A stretch of DNA of 64,000 nucleotides from NCBI GenBank assembly GCA_030390025.1, contig CM059449.1, positions 930,001 through 994,000 on the forward strand. Direction: 5' to 3'. Source of the stretch: Squalus acanthias (lineage: Eukaryota). Shown here piece by piece: positions 34,501 to 49,500 of the stretch; the stretch's first letter is position 1, and every line of letters starts with the position of its first letter. The position numbers were made by a program, and so were the translations under genes. The notes below the pieces were generated by a model. That model worked only from the letters and a program-made list of their open reading frames with translations, had not been told where the DNA came from and ran no database searches.

Positions 34501-37500
34501 CTCATTCATCCTTCCAGTCACACACATCAGAATCTGAAATATAAAAGTTTGTTAATACGCACAGATTAATGTTTCTGCCAGTGAGCATGAATTTGTAGTT
34601 TATTGTGAAAGTAAATGGATTATTCCACTGAAATAAACATTATTTTCTCTGGTAAACTGTTACATTCCGTTCAATGAAGAGAGGAGTGAATCTGTCTGGA
34701 TCTGGTAGCCTGGTGTTTATGTACTGGTCTGGTAACCAGAGGTTGAGAGTTCAAATCCCCCGCTCCCCACCCTCTCCATGACAGTTTTTGAAATTGAATT
34801 CAATAAATCTATTAATTTGTGGGTCAGGACCAGAAAAAACGTCCCACTGCAATTATCCCAATTTAGATCCAGTACCACATCTGTACCAACTGATGGCAGA
34901 GGTCAAGAACAGCGATCCGTTCTGGAACAAAACCCTATTAAAAATCCTCTCCTGAACCATCCCTTTCAATAATTACACACTGCATGGACCGTATTGATCC
35001 AATAGATGTCTTGGTACAATAAAATAATATGCAGCTTATTTTCCATATTTGTAGTGTCTGGGAGTCAACCTGAGATCCATGTTGAAGGATTCCATGAGCG
35101 AGGGGGGAGTCTTGTGTGTAAATCCAGTGGATGGTACCCGGCCCCTGAGGTATCCTGGAGATACCCAGATGGACCGGACATTTCTGCACCGTCTAAAACC
35201 CTGAATACTGCAGAGTCCAGCGGAGCTGTCACTATCGAAAGTCACATCAACATCACAAAGGATCTTGGGGAAAGCTACTCCTGTCTGATAAGGAACAGAT
35301 TGCTCTTCGAGGAAAGAGAAGGGATTATTGAGATAGCAGGTCAGTGATGAGCCCTCCTCCACAGAGGGTTTATGAAATATTCACATGAACACATTCATCA
35401 GTCTGATTGATTTATTGTTTGACATGTCAATGGTATCTTAGTTCTACAACAAATAAGTTTCTTTGTTTATTTACAGATGAGTTTTTCCCTCAGGAGATGG
35501 GAGTTTCAGGATGGAGTGTGGCTTTCTGGATATTCACGCTTCTCAATGCTATTCTAATAATTGCAACTCTTCTCTACTGGTTAGAACGATGGAACGGTGT
35601 TTTCTATACATGGAAAGAATTGAAAGGTAACATCTAACAAAAAATGTTTAAAATCTTGAGTTGTGTCAACACTGAAATATACAGAAAATCATTTTTTTTA
35701 TAATTGTACAGAAATAAGAGGATCCATAATCTCGCAGTAACAGTGATTTAATATCACTGCGTTCCATTTCACTAAATCACATCACAGTACAAACCATCAC
35801 TTACTGATCCGGGATTGGGAAAGTCTGCATTCGGCTCCAGAACTCTGAATTGCTGTTCCATATTCCAGTGGAGTTTCACAGTCTCTCTGTGCTGGATACC
35901 TCCAGCTCTACCTGCTTCACGCCACCTAACACACAGGAAAAAATCCTTACATGTGAACTTACAACAGGTTACATTTTAGATACACATTTTCCATCATTTT
36001 GAAAAACTGATGCTTGCTGCACTAGAAATGCTACGAACAGAAACAGCCCTGAAATTGCTGTCAGTGACATTAGGAGGAATGGTTAACCGCGTCGTATGTA
36101 ATTCCTTTGTTTGGTATTTCAATTAAATTTAAACATTTATTTAAGACTACTCAGTCTCCCGCGGGCATTCCACATGTGAAGTCAAAACCAAAAGAAATCT
36201 TCAGGTGGAGTGGGATTGGAGTGTGTCGGGGGGGGGGGGCTGGGAGGAGGTCGTGTAGTAAGTAATCAAACCAGGTCTTGTAGATGAATCATAGACTGGT
36301 TACAGCACAGAAGGAGGCCATTCGGCCCGTCAAGCCTGTGCTGGCTCTCTGCAAGAGCACCTCAGCTAGTCCCATTCCCCCGCCCTTTCCTCTGTAGCCC
36401 TGCAATTTTTTTTCCTTCGGGTACTTATCCAACTCCTTTTTGAAAGCCATGATTGAGTCTGCCTCCACCACCCTTTCAGGCAGTGCATTCCTGATCATAA
36501 TCACTCGCTGTGTAAAAAAGGTTTTCCCCTCATGTTGCCTTTGGTTCTTCTGCCAATCAGATTAAAACTGTGCCCTGTGGTTCTCAACCCTTCCATCAGT
36601 GGGAACAGTTTCTCTCTAACTACTCTGTCTAGATCCCTCATGATTTTGAACTCCTCTATCAAATCTCCTCTCCACCTTCTCTGCTCCAAGGAGAACAACC
36701 CCAGCTTCTCTAGTCTATCCACATAACTGAAGTCCCTCATCCCTGGAATCATTCTCGTCAATCTTTTCTACATCCTCTCTAAGGCCTTCACATCTTTCCT
36801 AAAGTGTGGTGCCCAGAATTGCAGACAATACTCCAGTTGAGGCCGAACCAGTGTTTTATCATAACTCCCTTACTTTTTACTCTATACCTCTATTCGTGAA
36901 GCCCAGGATCACGTATGCTTTTTTAAACTGCTTTCTCAATCTGCCCTGCCACCTTTCAACGATTTGTGCACATATAACCCCAGGTGTCTCTGGTCATGCA
37001 CCCCCTTTAGGATTGTACCATTTAGTTTATATTGCCTCTCCTCATTCTTCCTACCAAAACGTATCACTTCGCACTTTGCTGCGTTAAATTTCATCTGCCA
37101 CGTGTCCGTCCATTTCACCAGCCTGTCTATGTCTTCTTGAAGTCTATCAATATCCTCCACTGTTCACTCTACTTCCAAGTTCTGTGTCATCTGCAAATTT
37201 TGAACTTGTGCGCTGTATACCCAAGGCCAAGTCATTAATATATATCAAGAAAAGCAGTGGTCCTAGTACTGACCCCTGGGGAACACCACTGTATACTTTC
37301 CTCCAGTCCGAGAAACAACTGTTCACCACTACCCTCTTTTCTGTCACTTAGCCAATTTCGTATCCATGCAGCCACTGTCCCTTTTATTCCATGGGCTTCA
37401 ACTTTTTTGGCAAGCCTATTATGTGGTACTTTATCAAACGCCTTTTGGAAATCCATGTACACCACGTCAACCGCATTGCCCTCATCAACGCTCTCTGATA

Positions 37501-40500
37501 CCTCATCAAAAAACTCGATCAAGTTAGTTAAAATGATTTGCCTTTAACAAATCCGTGCTGACTTTCCTTAATTAATTAACACTTGTCCAAGACTGTTAAC
37601 TTTGTTCCTGATTATCGTTTCTAAAGGCTTCCCCACTACCGAGGTTAAACTGACTGGCCTGTAGTTGCTGGGTTTTTCCTTGCACCCTTTTTCTGAACAT
37701 GGGTGTAACATTTGCAATTCTGCAGTCCTCTGTCACCACCCCCATATCTGAGGAGGTTCCGAAGATTATGGCCAGTGGCTCCGCGATTTCCTCCTCAACT
37801 TCCCTCAGCAACCTAGGATGCATCCCATCTGATCCTGGTGACTTACCAAGTTTAAGTACAGACAGCCTTTCTAGTACCTCCTCTATCAATTTTTATCTCA
37901 TCCAGTATCTCCACGACCTCCTCTTTCACTATGACTTTGGCAGCATCTTCTTCCTTGGTGAAGACATTTGGAAAATACTTATTTACTACCTCAGCCATGC
38001 CCTCTGCTTCCATGCATAGGTCTCCTTTTTGGTCCCTAATCGGCCCTACCTCTCCACTTACTACCCGTTTATTATTTATATTTCCTCTTATGTTAGCTGC
38101 CAATCTATTCTCATACTCTCTCTTTGCCACTCTTATTTTCTTTTTCACTTCCCCTCTGAACTTTCTATATTCAGCCTGATTCACAATTGTATTCTCAACC
38201 TGACATCTGTCATACGCGCTCTTTTTCTGATTCATCTTACTCTCGCTATCTCTTTCGTCATCCAGGGAAATTCAGCTTTGCAACAGTCGAAGGTGGGATT
38301 TGAACTTGTGGATCATGAATCCATTTCTTGACATTACCAGTAACATAACCACTACACTACCGCACCTGATGCTAAATGAAATCAATCCCTACTGTAACAT
38401 CATACATTCTGTCCTTATTTTTCTACTTCCAATATAAATTCCTACAGTCAACATTTATAATGTCAACTTGCCATGTTGTTCCTCCTCCTCCTGCCAGTGG
38501 ATTTGCTGCAGCGCCTCCACTGGTGGGAGGGTGTAATTACAGCATGACATGTTTACACAGACAGTTTCCAGTCTAAATGTGAATTAGAAATGTACAATGG
38601 ATAAAGCTGGCAGTAAGTGTGTGAATTCCGCATTTTCTTTTAATATTCATTCCATGTTTGCAAGTTGTAACACTTCAACCTCACCCATAACTGTTAGTTA
38701 ATCACCTGAGTTTATAGCGTTCTGACTTAGAGGTGAGAATAATGTATGCTCTAACTGCACTCCAGGATCCAGCATTATATACTGAGTGCTGCATTGTTTG
38801 ATTTGATAAAACATAAAACTGAACCCTCCTCTGCCTTGTCTAGTGGTTCGGAGTGGGGGAGGGGCGGGCGAGGGGGAAGAACATGGTGTTTCTCTTGGGC
38901 TTGGAATTTCCTCCTGATTTGTGCCCAGATACACATAAGAACATAAGAAATAGGATCAAGTGTAGGCCATTCGGCCCCTCGAGCCTGCTCCGCCATTCAA
39001 TAAGATCATGGCTGATCTTCTACCTCAACTCCACTTTCCTGCACTATCCCCATATCCCTTGATTCCCTTAATATCCAAAAAAATCTATCGATCTCTGTCT
39101 TGAATATACTCAATGACTGAGCCTCCACAGCCCTCTGGAGTTTTTTTACATTCGTTTATGGGATGTGGGCGTCGCTGGCAAGGCCAGTATTTATTGCCCA
39201 TCCATAGTTGCCCTTGAGAAGGTGGTGGTGAGCCGCCTTCTTGAACTGCTGCAATCCGTGTGGTGAATGTACTCCCACAGTGCTGTTAGGTAGGGAGTTC
39301 CAGGATTTTGACCCAGCGACGATGGTGTGCGACTTGGAGGGGAACTTGGAGGTGGTGGAGTTCCCATGCACCTGTTGCCCTTGTCCTTCTAGGTAGAAGA
39401 GGTCGCGGGTTTGGGAGGTGCTGCCGAAGAAGCCTTGGCGAGTTGCTGCAATGCATCTTGGAGATGGTACACACTGCAGCCATGGTGCGCCGGTGGTGGA
39501 GGGAGTGAATGTTTAGGGTGGTGGATGTGGTGCCAATCAAATGGGCTGCTTTGTCCCGGATGGTGTCGAGCTTCTTGAGTGTTGTTGTAGCTGCACTCAT
39601 CCAGGCAAGTGGAGAGTATGCCATCACACTCCTGACTTGGGCCTTGTAGATGGTGGAAAGTCTTTGGGGAGTCAGGAGGTGAGACACTCACCGCAGAATA
39701 CCCAGCCTCTGACCTGCTCTTGTTGCCACAGTATTTATGTGGCTGGTCCAGTTAAGTTTCTGGTTAATGGTGACCCCCAGGATGTTGATAGTGGGGGATT
39801 TGGCGATGGTAATGCCATTGAATGTCAAAGGGAGGAGGTTAGACTCTCGCTTGTTGGAGATAGTCATTGCCTGGCACTGCTGTGGCGCGAATGTTACCTG
39901 CCACTTATCAGCCCAAGCCTGAATATTGTCCAGGTCTTGTTGCATGCAGGCATGGACTGCTTCATTATCTGAGGAGTTGTGAATGGAACTGAACACTGCA
40001 ATCATCAGCGAACATCCCCATTTCTGACCTTATGTTGGAGGGAAGGTCATTGATGAAGCAGCTGAAGATGGTTGGGCCTAGGACACTGCCCTGAGGAACT
40101 CCTGCAGCGATGTCCTGGGGCTGTGATGATTGACCTTCAACCACCACAACCATCTTCCTTTGTGCTAGGTATGACTCCAGCCAGTGGAGTGTTTTCCCCT
40201 TGATTCCCATTGACTTCAGTTTTACTAGGGCTCCTTGATGCCAGACTTGGTCAAATGCTGCCTTGATGTCAAGGGCAGTCACTCTTGCCTCACCTCTGGA
40301 ATTCAACTCCTTTGTTCATGTTTGGGCCAAGGCTGTAATGAGGTCGGGAGCCGAGTGGTCTTGGTGGAACCTAAACTGGGCATCAGTGAGCAGGTTATTG
40401 GTGAGTAAGTGCCGCTTGATAGCACTGTCGATGACACCTTCCATCACTTTGCTGATGATTGAGAGTAGACTGATGGTACGGTAATTGGCCAGGTTGGATT

Positions 40501-43500
40501 TGTCCTGCTTTTTGTGGACAGGACACACCTGGGCAGTTTTCCACATTGTCGGATAGATGCCAGTGTTGTAGCTGTACTGGAACAGCTTGGCTAGAGGTGC
40601 AGCTAGTTCTGGAGCACAATAGCCGGGATGTTGTCGGGGCCCATAGCCTTTGCTGTATCCAGTGCGCTCAGCCATTTCTTGATATCACGTGGAGTGAATC
40701 GAATTGGCTGAAGACTGGCTTCTGTGATGGTGTGGACCTCGGGAGTAGGCCGATATGGATCATCCACTCAGCATTTCTGGCTGAAGTTGGTTGCAAATGC
40801 TTCAGCCTTGTCTTTTGCACTCACGTGCTGGGCTCCACCATCATTGAGGTTGGGGATATTCTTGGAGTCTCCTCCTCCCGTTAGTTGTTTAATGGTCCAC
40901 CACCATTCACGACTGGATGTGGCAGGACTGCAGAGCTTTGATCTGATCCGTTGATTGTGGGATCGCTTAGCCCTGTCTATAGTATGCTGCTTCTGCTTTT
41001 TAGCATGCATGTAGTCCTGTGTTGCAGCTTACCACCACATTTTTAGGTACGCCTGGTGCTGCTCCTGGCATGCTCTTCTACACTCCTTGTTGAACCAGGG
41101 TTGGTGGTAATGGTGGAGTGAGGGATTTGCCGGGCCATGAGGTTACAGATTATGGTGGAATACAATTCTGCTGCTGGCCCACAGCGCCTTATGGATGCCC
41201 AGTTTTGAGCTGCTAGATCTGTTCTGAATCTTTCCCATTTAGCACGGTGGTAGTGCCACACAACACGATGGAGGGTGTTCTCAGTGTGAAGACGGGACTT
41301 CATCTCCACAATGACTGTGCGGTGGTCACTGCTGCATCTGTGACAGATAGATTGGTGAGGACCAGGTCAAGTAGGTTTTTCCCTCGTGTTGGTTCTCTCA
41401 CCACCTGTCACAGGCCCAGACTGGTAACTATGTCCTTCAGGTCTCGGCCAGTAGTGGTGCTACCGAGCCACTCTTGGTGATGGACATTGAAGTCCCCCAC
41501 CCAGAGTACATTCTGTGCCCTTGCTACTCTCAGTGCTTCTTCCAAGAGGTGTTCAACATGGAAGAGTACTGATTCATCAGCTGAGGGAGGGCGGTAGGTG
41601 GTAATCAGCAGATTTCCTTGCCCATGCTTGACCTGAAGCCATGAGACTTCATGGGGTCTGGAGTCAATGTTGAGGACTCCCAGGGCCACTCCCTCCCGAC
41701 TGTATACCACTGTGCCACCACCCCTGGTGGGTCTGTCCTGCTGGTGGGACAGGACATACCCAGGGATGGTGATGGAGGAGTTTGGGACATTGGCTGAAAG
41801 GTATGATTGTGTGAGTATGACTATGTCAGGCTGTTGCTTGACAGCTCTCCCAATTTTGGCACAAGTCCCCAGATGTAGGTGAGGAGGACTTTGCAGGGTT
41901 GACTGGGCTGGGTGTGCCGTTACCGTGGCCGAGGTCGATGCTGGGTGGTCCGTCCGGCTTCATTCTTATTATTTTGTTTCGTAGTGGTTAGTTACAACTG
42001 AGTGACTTGCTAGGCCATTTCAGAGGGCAGTTAAGAGTCAACCACATTGCTGAGTCTGGAGTCACATATAGGCCAGACCAGGTAAGGATGGCAGATTTCC
42101 TTCCCTAAAGGACATTGGTGAACCAGATGGGTTTTTACGACAATCCGATCGTTTCATGGTCACCATTACTGATGCTAGCTTTTTATTCCAGATTTATTTA
42201 ACTAACTGAATTTAAATTCCCCAGCTGCCGTGGTGGGATTTGAACTCGCGTCTCTGGATCATTAGTCCAGGCCTCTGGATTACTAGCCTAGTGACATTAC
42301 CACTACGCTACCGTTCCCGAGTAAAGAATTCCAAAGATTCACCGTCCTCTGAGTGAAGAAATTTCTCCTCATCTCAGTCCTAAATGGCTGACCCCTTATT
42401 CTGAGACTGTGACCCCTGGTTCTGGACTCCCCAGCCAGGGGAAACATCCTCCCTGCATCTACCCTGTCAAGCCCTGTAAGAATTTTGTATGTTTCAATGA
42501 AATCACCTCTCATTCTTCTAATCGCTAGAGAATATAGGCCTAGTCTTCTCAATCTGTCCTCATAGGACAATCCCCCCATCTCAGGAATCAGTCTGGTGAA
42601 CCTTCATTGCACTCCCTCTATAGCAAGTATATCCTTTCTTAGGTAAGGAGACCAAAACTGTAGACAATACTCCAGGTGTAGTCTCACCAGGGCCCTATAT
42701 AATTGCAGTAACACGTCTTTACTCTTATACTCAAATCCTCTTGTAATAAAGACCAACATACCATTTGCTTTCCTAATCATTTGCTGTACCTGCATGTTAA
42801 CTTTCAGTGATTTGTGTACAAGGACACCCAGGTCCCTCTGAACAGCAACATTTACTAATCTCTCACCATTTAAAAAATACTCTGCTTTTCTACTTTTCCT
42901 ACCGAAGTGAATAACTTCCCATTTCTCCACATTATATTCTATTTGCCATGTTCTTGCCCACTCACTTAGCTTGTCTATATCCCCTTGAAGCATCTTTGCA
43001 TCCTCCTCACAACTTACTTTCCCACCCAGCTTTGTATCATCAGCAAACTTGGATACATTACATTCGGTCCCCTCATCCAAATCATTGATATAGATTTTGA
43101 ATAGCTGCGGCCCAAGCACTGATCCTTGCGGTACCCCACTAGTTACAGCCTGCAACCTCAAAATGACTTGTTTATTCTTGCTCTTTGTTTTCTGTCCGTT
43201 AACCAATCCTCAGTCCCTGCTAGTGTATTACCCCCAATCCCATGAGCCATAATTTTGTTTAATAACCTCTTGTGTGGCACCTTACCATAAAAAAAGCAAA
43301 CCAAGCACTAGGGTTTATTTCTAGAATTGAAAAGTAGGGAAGTTATGCTAAACCTGTATCGAACCTTGGTTAGACCACACTTGGAGTACTCTGTACAGTT
43401 CTGGTCGCCATATTATAAAAAGGATATAGAGGCACTGGAGAGGGTGCAGAGAAGATTTACAAGGATGATACCAGAAATGCGAGGATATACTTATCAGGAA

Positions 43501-46500
43501 AGGATGAACAGGGTGGGTCTCTTTTCTCTTGAAAAAAGAAGGCTGAGGGGTGACCTAATAGAGGTCTATAAAATTATAAAAAATTTTGATAGAGTGGATA
43601 CAGAGAGAATGTTTCCAATTGTGGGAAGAGCATACTAGAGGCCATCAATATAAGATAGTCACCAAGAAATCCAAAAGGGAATTCAGAAGAAACTTCTTTA
43701 CCCAAAGAGTGGTGAGAATGTAGAACTCGTTACCACAGGGACTGGTTGAAGCGAATAGTAGGGATGCATTTAAGGGGATGGTAGACAAGCATATGAGGGA
43801 AAAGGGAATAGAGGGTTATGCAGATAGATTTAGATGAGGAAAGACGGGAGGAGGCTCGTGTGGAGCATAATCGCCGGCATGGACTGGTTGGGCCAAATGG
43901 CCTGTTTCTGTGCCATATATCCTATGTAAAAACCTTATGGAATGCCTTCTGAAAATCCAAATTCACCACATCCACTGGTTCCCCCTTATCTATTCTGCTA
44001 GTTACAACCTCAAAAAACTAACCGATTCAGAACATATCTAGTAGCTCAAAACTGGGCATGCATGAGGCTCTGTGGGTCATCAGCAGCAGCAGAATTTTAT
44101 TCCACCACAATCTGTAACATCATGGCCTGGCATATCCCTCACTCTATCATTACTATCAAGCCAGAGTCCAATCCTGGTTCAATGAGGACTGTAGAAGAGC
44201 ATGCCAGGAGCAGCACCAGGCGTACCTAGAAACGAGTTGCCACCCCTGTGAACCTACAACACAGGACTACATGCATGCTAAACAACGGAAGCAGCATGCT
44301 ATAGACAGGGCTAAGTGATCCCACAATCAATGGATCAGATCAAAGCTCTGCAGTCCTGCCACATCCAGTCATGAATGATGGTGGACAATTAAACAAATAA
44401 CGGGAGAGGGCTCCATGAATATCCCCATCCTCACAGATGGCGGAGCCCAGCATGTGAATGCAAAAGACAGGGCTGAAGCATTCGCAGCCATCTTCAGCCA
44501 GAAGTGCCGAGACAATGATCCACCTCCTCCCGAGGTCCCCACCATCACAGATGCAAGTCTTCATCCAATTCGATTCACTCCAAGTGATATCAAGAAATGG
44601 CTGAGCGCACTGGACACAGCAAAGGCTCTGGGCCCCGACAACATCCCAGCTGTTGTGCTGAAGACTTGTGCTCCAGAACTAGCTGTGCGTCTAGCCATGA
44701 TGTTCCAATACAGCTGCAACACTGGCATCTACCCGACAAAGTGGAAAATTGCCCAGGTATGCCCTGTCCACAAAAAGCTGGACAAGTCCAATCTGGAACA
44801 GGAACAACATCCTTGCGGGGAGGTTTGCTAGTGCTGTTGGCGGGGTGGGGGGGGGGTTAAATTAACTTGGCAGGGGGATGGGATAGGGAGTGGAGCTATA
44901 GTATGGGGTGATGCACAGCAAAACATAGAGGAAAAAACAAGTCCGTCTGGAAGGCAGAGCAAATATGTAACGGCACAAGGCAGTATGGCAAGGCTGGATG
45001 GCATTTATTTTAATGCAAGGAATCTTACGAGTAAGGCAGATGAATTGAAGGTGTTGATGAACACATGGGAGTATGATATTGTTGCTATCACAGAGACATG
45101 GTTGAGGGAGGGGCAGGACTGGCAGCTCAATATTCTGGGGTATAGAATCATCAGGCGAGACAGAGGGGGGGTGTAAAACAGGAGGGGGTCACAATATTAA
45201 TCAAGGAGCCAATTACTGCAGTAAGGAGGGATGATATCTTAGCTGGTTTGTCTAATGAGGCCATATGGGTAGAACTTAAAAACAAAAAGGGGGCAAGCAC
45301 TTTGCTGGGAGTGTACTATAGGCCCCCAAACAGTCAGGGGGAGTTAGAAGAACAGATATGTAGGCAAATCTCAGAGAAGTGTAGAAATAATAGTGTAATA
45401 ATAGTAGGGGATTTCAACTTCCCCAATATTAACTGGGATAGTCAGAATGTGAAAGGCTTAGAGGGTGCGGAATTCTGAAAGTGCATCCAGGAGAGCTTTT
45501 TGTGCCAGCATGTCGAAAGTCCTACAAGAGAGGGGGCGGTACTGGACCTAATTCTAGGGAATGTAGCCGGGCAAGTGGTAGAAGTGTCAGTCGGAGAGCA
45601 TTTTGGTGACAGTGACCATAATTCGGTGAGATTTAAGGTAGTCATGGAAAAGGACAAAGATGGACCAGAAATAAAGGTTCTAAATTGGGGGAAGGCCGAT
45701 TTCAATGTGATAAGGCAGGATCTGGCCAAAGTGGACTGGGATCAGCTACTTGTAGGAAAATCCACATCAGAGCAGTGGGAGTCATTCAGAAAGGAAGTAG
45801 AGAGAGTACAATCCCAACATGTTCCCGTAAAGGTCAAGGGTGGGACCAACAAGTCCAGGGAACCCTGGATGTCAAGGGATATACAAGAATGGATTGGGAA
45901 AAAAAGGGAGGCTTTTGGCAGATACAAAGGACTAAAAACAGTGGAAGCCCTAGAGGAGTATAGAAAGTGCAGGGGGGTACTTAAAAAAGAAATTAGGAGA
46001 GCGAAGAGGGGGCATGAAAAAACACTGGCGGGCAAAATAAAGGAAAATCCCAAGGTGTTTTATAAGTATATTAAGGGCATGATGATAACTACGGAAAGAG
46101 TAGGGCCCATTAGGGACCAAAGTGGCAATCTGTGTGTAGAGCCGGAAGATGTAGGTGAGGTTTTAAATGAATATTTTGCATCTGTGTTCACTATGGAGAA
46201 GGACGATGTCGGCATAGAAATCAGGCAGGGGGATTGTGATATACTTGAACAAATTAGCATTGAGAGGGAGGAGGAACTAGCAGTTTTAGCGGGCTTAAAA
46301 GTGGATAAATTCCCAGGCCCAGACGAGATGTGTCCCAGGCTGCTGTGTGAGGCAAGGGAGGAGATTGCAGGGGCTCTGACACAAATTTTCAGAACCTCTC
46401 TGGCCACAGGGGAGGTGCCAGAGGACTGGAGGACAGCTAACGTAGTATCATTATTCAAGAAGGGGAGTAGGGATAAACCAGGGAATTACAGGCCAGTTAG

Positions 46501-49500
46501 CCTAACATCAGTGGTAGGGAAATTATTAGGAAAAATTCTGAGGGACAGAATTCGTTTCCACTTGGAGAGGCAAGGATTAATCAAGGATAGTGAGCATGGC
46601 CTTGTCAGGGGGAGATCATGTCTGACCAATTTGATTGAATTTTTTGAGGGGGTGACTAGGTGTGTGGATGAGGGTAGTGCAGTTGATATAGTCTACATGG
46701 ACTTCAGTAAGGCTTCTGACAAAGTCCCACATGGGAGACTGGTCAAGAAGGTAAGAGATCCAGGGCAATTTGGCACATTGGATCCAAAATTGGCTTAGTG
46801 GCAGGAGGCAGAGGGTGATGGTCGAAGGTTGTTTTTGTGACTGGAAGCCTGTGTCCAGTGGTGTACTGCAGGGATCGGTGCTGGGTCCCTTGCTGTTTGT
46901 AGTGTACATTAATGATTTAGATATGAATGTAGGAGGTATGATCAGTAAGTTCGCAGATGACACTAAAATTGGTGGAGTGGTAAATAGCGAGGAGGGAAGC
47001 CTCAGGCTACAGGACGATATAGGCGGGTTGGTCAGATGGGCAGAACAGTGGCAAATGGAATTTAAACCTGAAAAGTGTGAGGAGATGCATTTTAGGAGGA
47101 CTAACAAGGCAAGGGAATACACAATGAATGGTAGGACCCTAGGAATGACAGAGGATCAGAGGGACCTTGGTGTGCATGTACATAGATCCCTGAAGGCAGC
47201 AGGATAGGTAGATAAGGTGGTTAAGAAGGCATATGGGATACTTGCCTTGATTAGCCGAGGCATAGAATATAAGAGCAGGGAGGTTATGATGGAGCTGTAC
47301 AAAACGCTAGTTAGGCCACAGCTGGAATACTGTGTGCAGTTCTGGTCGCCACACTATAGGAAGGATGTGATTGCATTGGAGAGGCTGCAGAGGAGATTCA
47401 CCAGGATGTTACCTGGGCTGGAGTGTTTCAGCTATGAAGAGAGACTGGACAGGCTGGGGTTGTTTTCCTTAGAGCAGAGAAGGCTGAGGGGGGGGGGGGG
47501 GGGGGCCTGATTGAGGTGTACAAAATTATGAGGGGCATAGATAGGATAGATAGAAAGGAACTTTTCCCCTTAGTAGAGGGGTCAATAACCAGGGGGGCAT
47601 AGTTTCAAGGTAAGGGGCAGAAGGTTTAGAGGGGATTTGAGGAAAAACTTTTTCATCCAGAGGGTGGTTGGAATCTGGAACTCACTGCCTGAAAGGGTGG
47701 TAGAGGCAGGAACCCTCACAACATTCAAGAAGCATTTAGATGAGCACTTGAAACGCCATAGCGTACAAGGCTACGGATCAAGTGCTGGAAAATGGGATTA
47801 GAATAGATATGGGCAATAGAGCTGAATGCCAGAGGTGAGGTGAGAGTGACTGCCCTTGACATCAAAGCAGCATTTGACTGAGTGTGGCATCAAGGATCCC
47901 TAGTAAAATTGAAGTCAGTGGGAATCAGGGGTAACGCACTCCACTGGCTGGTGTCATACCTAGCACAAAGGAAGCTGGTTGTGGTTGTTGGAGGCCAATC
48001 ATCTCAGCCCCAGGACATCGCTGCAGGAGTTCCTCAGGGCAGTGTCCTCGACCCAACCGTCTTGCGATGCTTCAAAAATGACCTTCCTTACATCAGGTTA
48101 GATGTGGGAATGTTCGCTGATGATTGCAGTGTTCAATTCCATTCACAACTCCTCAGCTAATGAAGCAGTCCGTGCCCGCGTGCAGCAAGGTCTGGACAAC
48201 ATTCGGGCTTGGGCTGATAAGTGGCAAGTAACATTCGTGCCACACAAGTGGCAGTCAATGACTATCTCCAACAAGAGATTGTCTAACCACCTCTCCATGA
48301 TATTCCATGGCATTACCATCGTCTAATCCGCCACCATCAACATCCTGGGGGTCACCATTGACCAGAAACCTCCTGACTCCCCAAAGCCTTTCCACCATCT
48401 ACAAGGCACAAGTCAGGAGTGTGATGGAATACTCTCCACTTGCCTGGATGAGTGCAGCTACAACAACACTCAAGAAGCTCGACATCATCCAGGACAAAGC
48501 CGTCCTCTTGATTGGCACCCCATCTACCACCTTAAACATTCACTCCCTCCACCACCGGCGCACCGTGGCAGAAGATCCAGCGCTGTGTGTCTCGGAGCAG
48601 AGGGACACGGCCCTTGTGCAGGAGGCAGGTGTCCAACAGGCCAGTGCAATCTGAGCGGGCTTGTGATTCAGGCTTTCACCCAACGAGCTCTGCTCCCCCT
48701 GGAGCCACGAGCAGAAGCCTCACACACTGATCCGTTCAAAGTCAAAACCATTTTTTACAAAAAGTTTAAAGTTTGAACTGTCAACAAGAAATAGATCATT
48801 AATATAACACTTTTTCTATTGTTAAAAATTAAGAAATCTCTAAACAACTAAGTTTTTTAGTTTCAATATAAAATGCTACAAATTTGAAGAAACATTCTGA
48901 ACAATAAAATTGTATAAGTGCAAACATTTAATTTATTGTTTTTAAAAAGGAGTCCAAACATTGTAAACTTTTATCAACTTTGTACAAATTTTTATAATAT
49001 CATAAAACTTTAATAAATGTTAACATCCTTCTTTAAAATGTGATCACAGGATGAATGTCTTCCACCCCCCCTCCTGCCACTTGGCAACAAGGAGGAGAAA
49101 GAGGAGGTCATAGAGATGGGCTCAAATTTCCCCCACACTCTCACCCTCGCTTCTCCCCCACTTTCAGATGAGCTCTTTTGCCAGCTGCCTCCCTCCGCTG
49201 CTGACCAGTCACCATGCAAGACTTTCCCTTTTGACATCCAATTTTCTAAATTTGTGGACGACACCAAATTAGGGAGGGGATAGTCAATACTGAGGAGGAC
49301 TGCAACAAATTACAGGAAGATATTAATAAACTTGCAGAATGGGCAAATGAAATTCAACAGATAAATGTGATGTATTACATTTTGGTAGGAAGAATAGGGA
49401 GGTCACTTATTACTTGGAGGGTGCGGGTCTGGGTGGGTAGAGGAGCAAAGGGATCATAGAATCCTAGAATGATACAGCACAGAAGGAGGCCATTCGGCCC

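Larger units (their letters stand above)
38933..44020 (-). mobile_element. CR1 3' portion interrupted by two younger LINE insertions (39142..42318 and ~43285..43931)
   Basis: The pieces rejoin into contiguous CR1 RT and 3'UTR sequence; TSDs GAGT and ACCTTA. Confidence 0.85.

Noticed and set aside
27363-35054. Invertible or RAG-rearranged IgV cassette shared by both genes
   Set aside because: No flanking recombination repeats or paired heptamer-nonamer signals were seen, and each gene has its own leader.
35712-35736. Possible 25-nt gene B micro-exon
   Set aside because: Weak donor and frame-breaking, with no compensating exon found.
38572-38612. Possible gene B exon ending CA|GTAAGT
   Set aside because: No acceptor gave a convincing open, frame-preserving exon.
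42225-42318. tRNA genes (also ~29330-29392, ~58730-58797)
   Set aside because: A and B boxes only, fused to retroelement bodies; these are SINE or LINE heads.
48571-49240. Possible internal fragment of another Harbinger (convergent gene ends around an AT-rich spacer)
   Set aside because: Resemblance is architectural only; no TIRs or clear protein motif.
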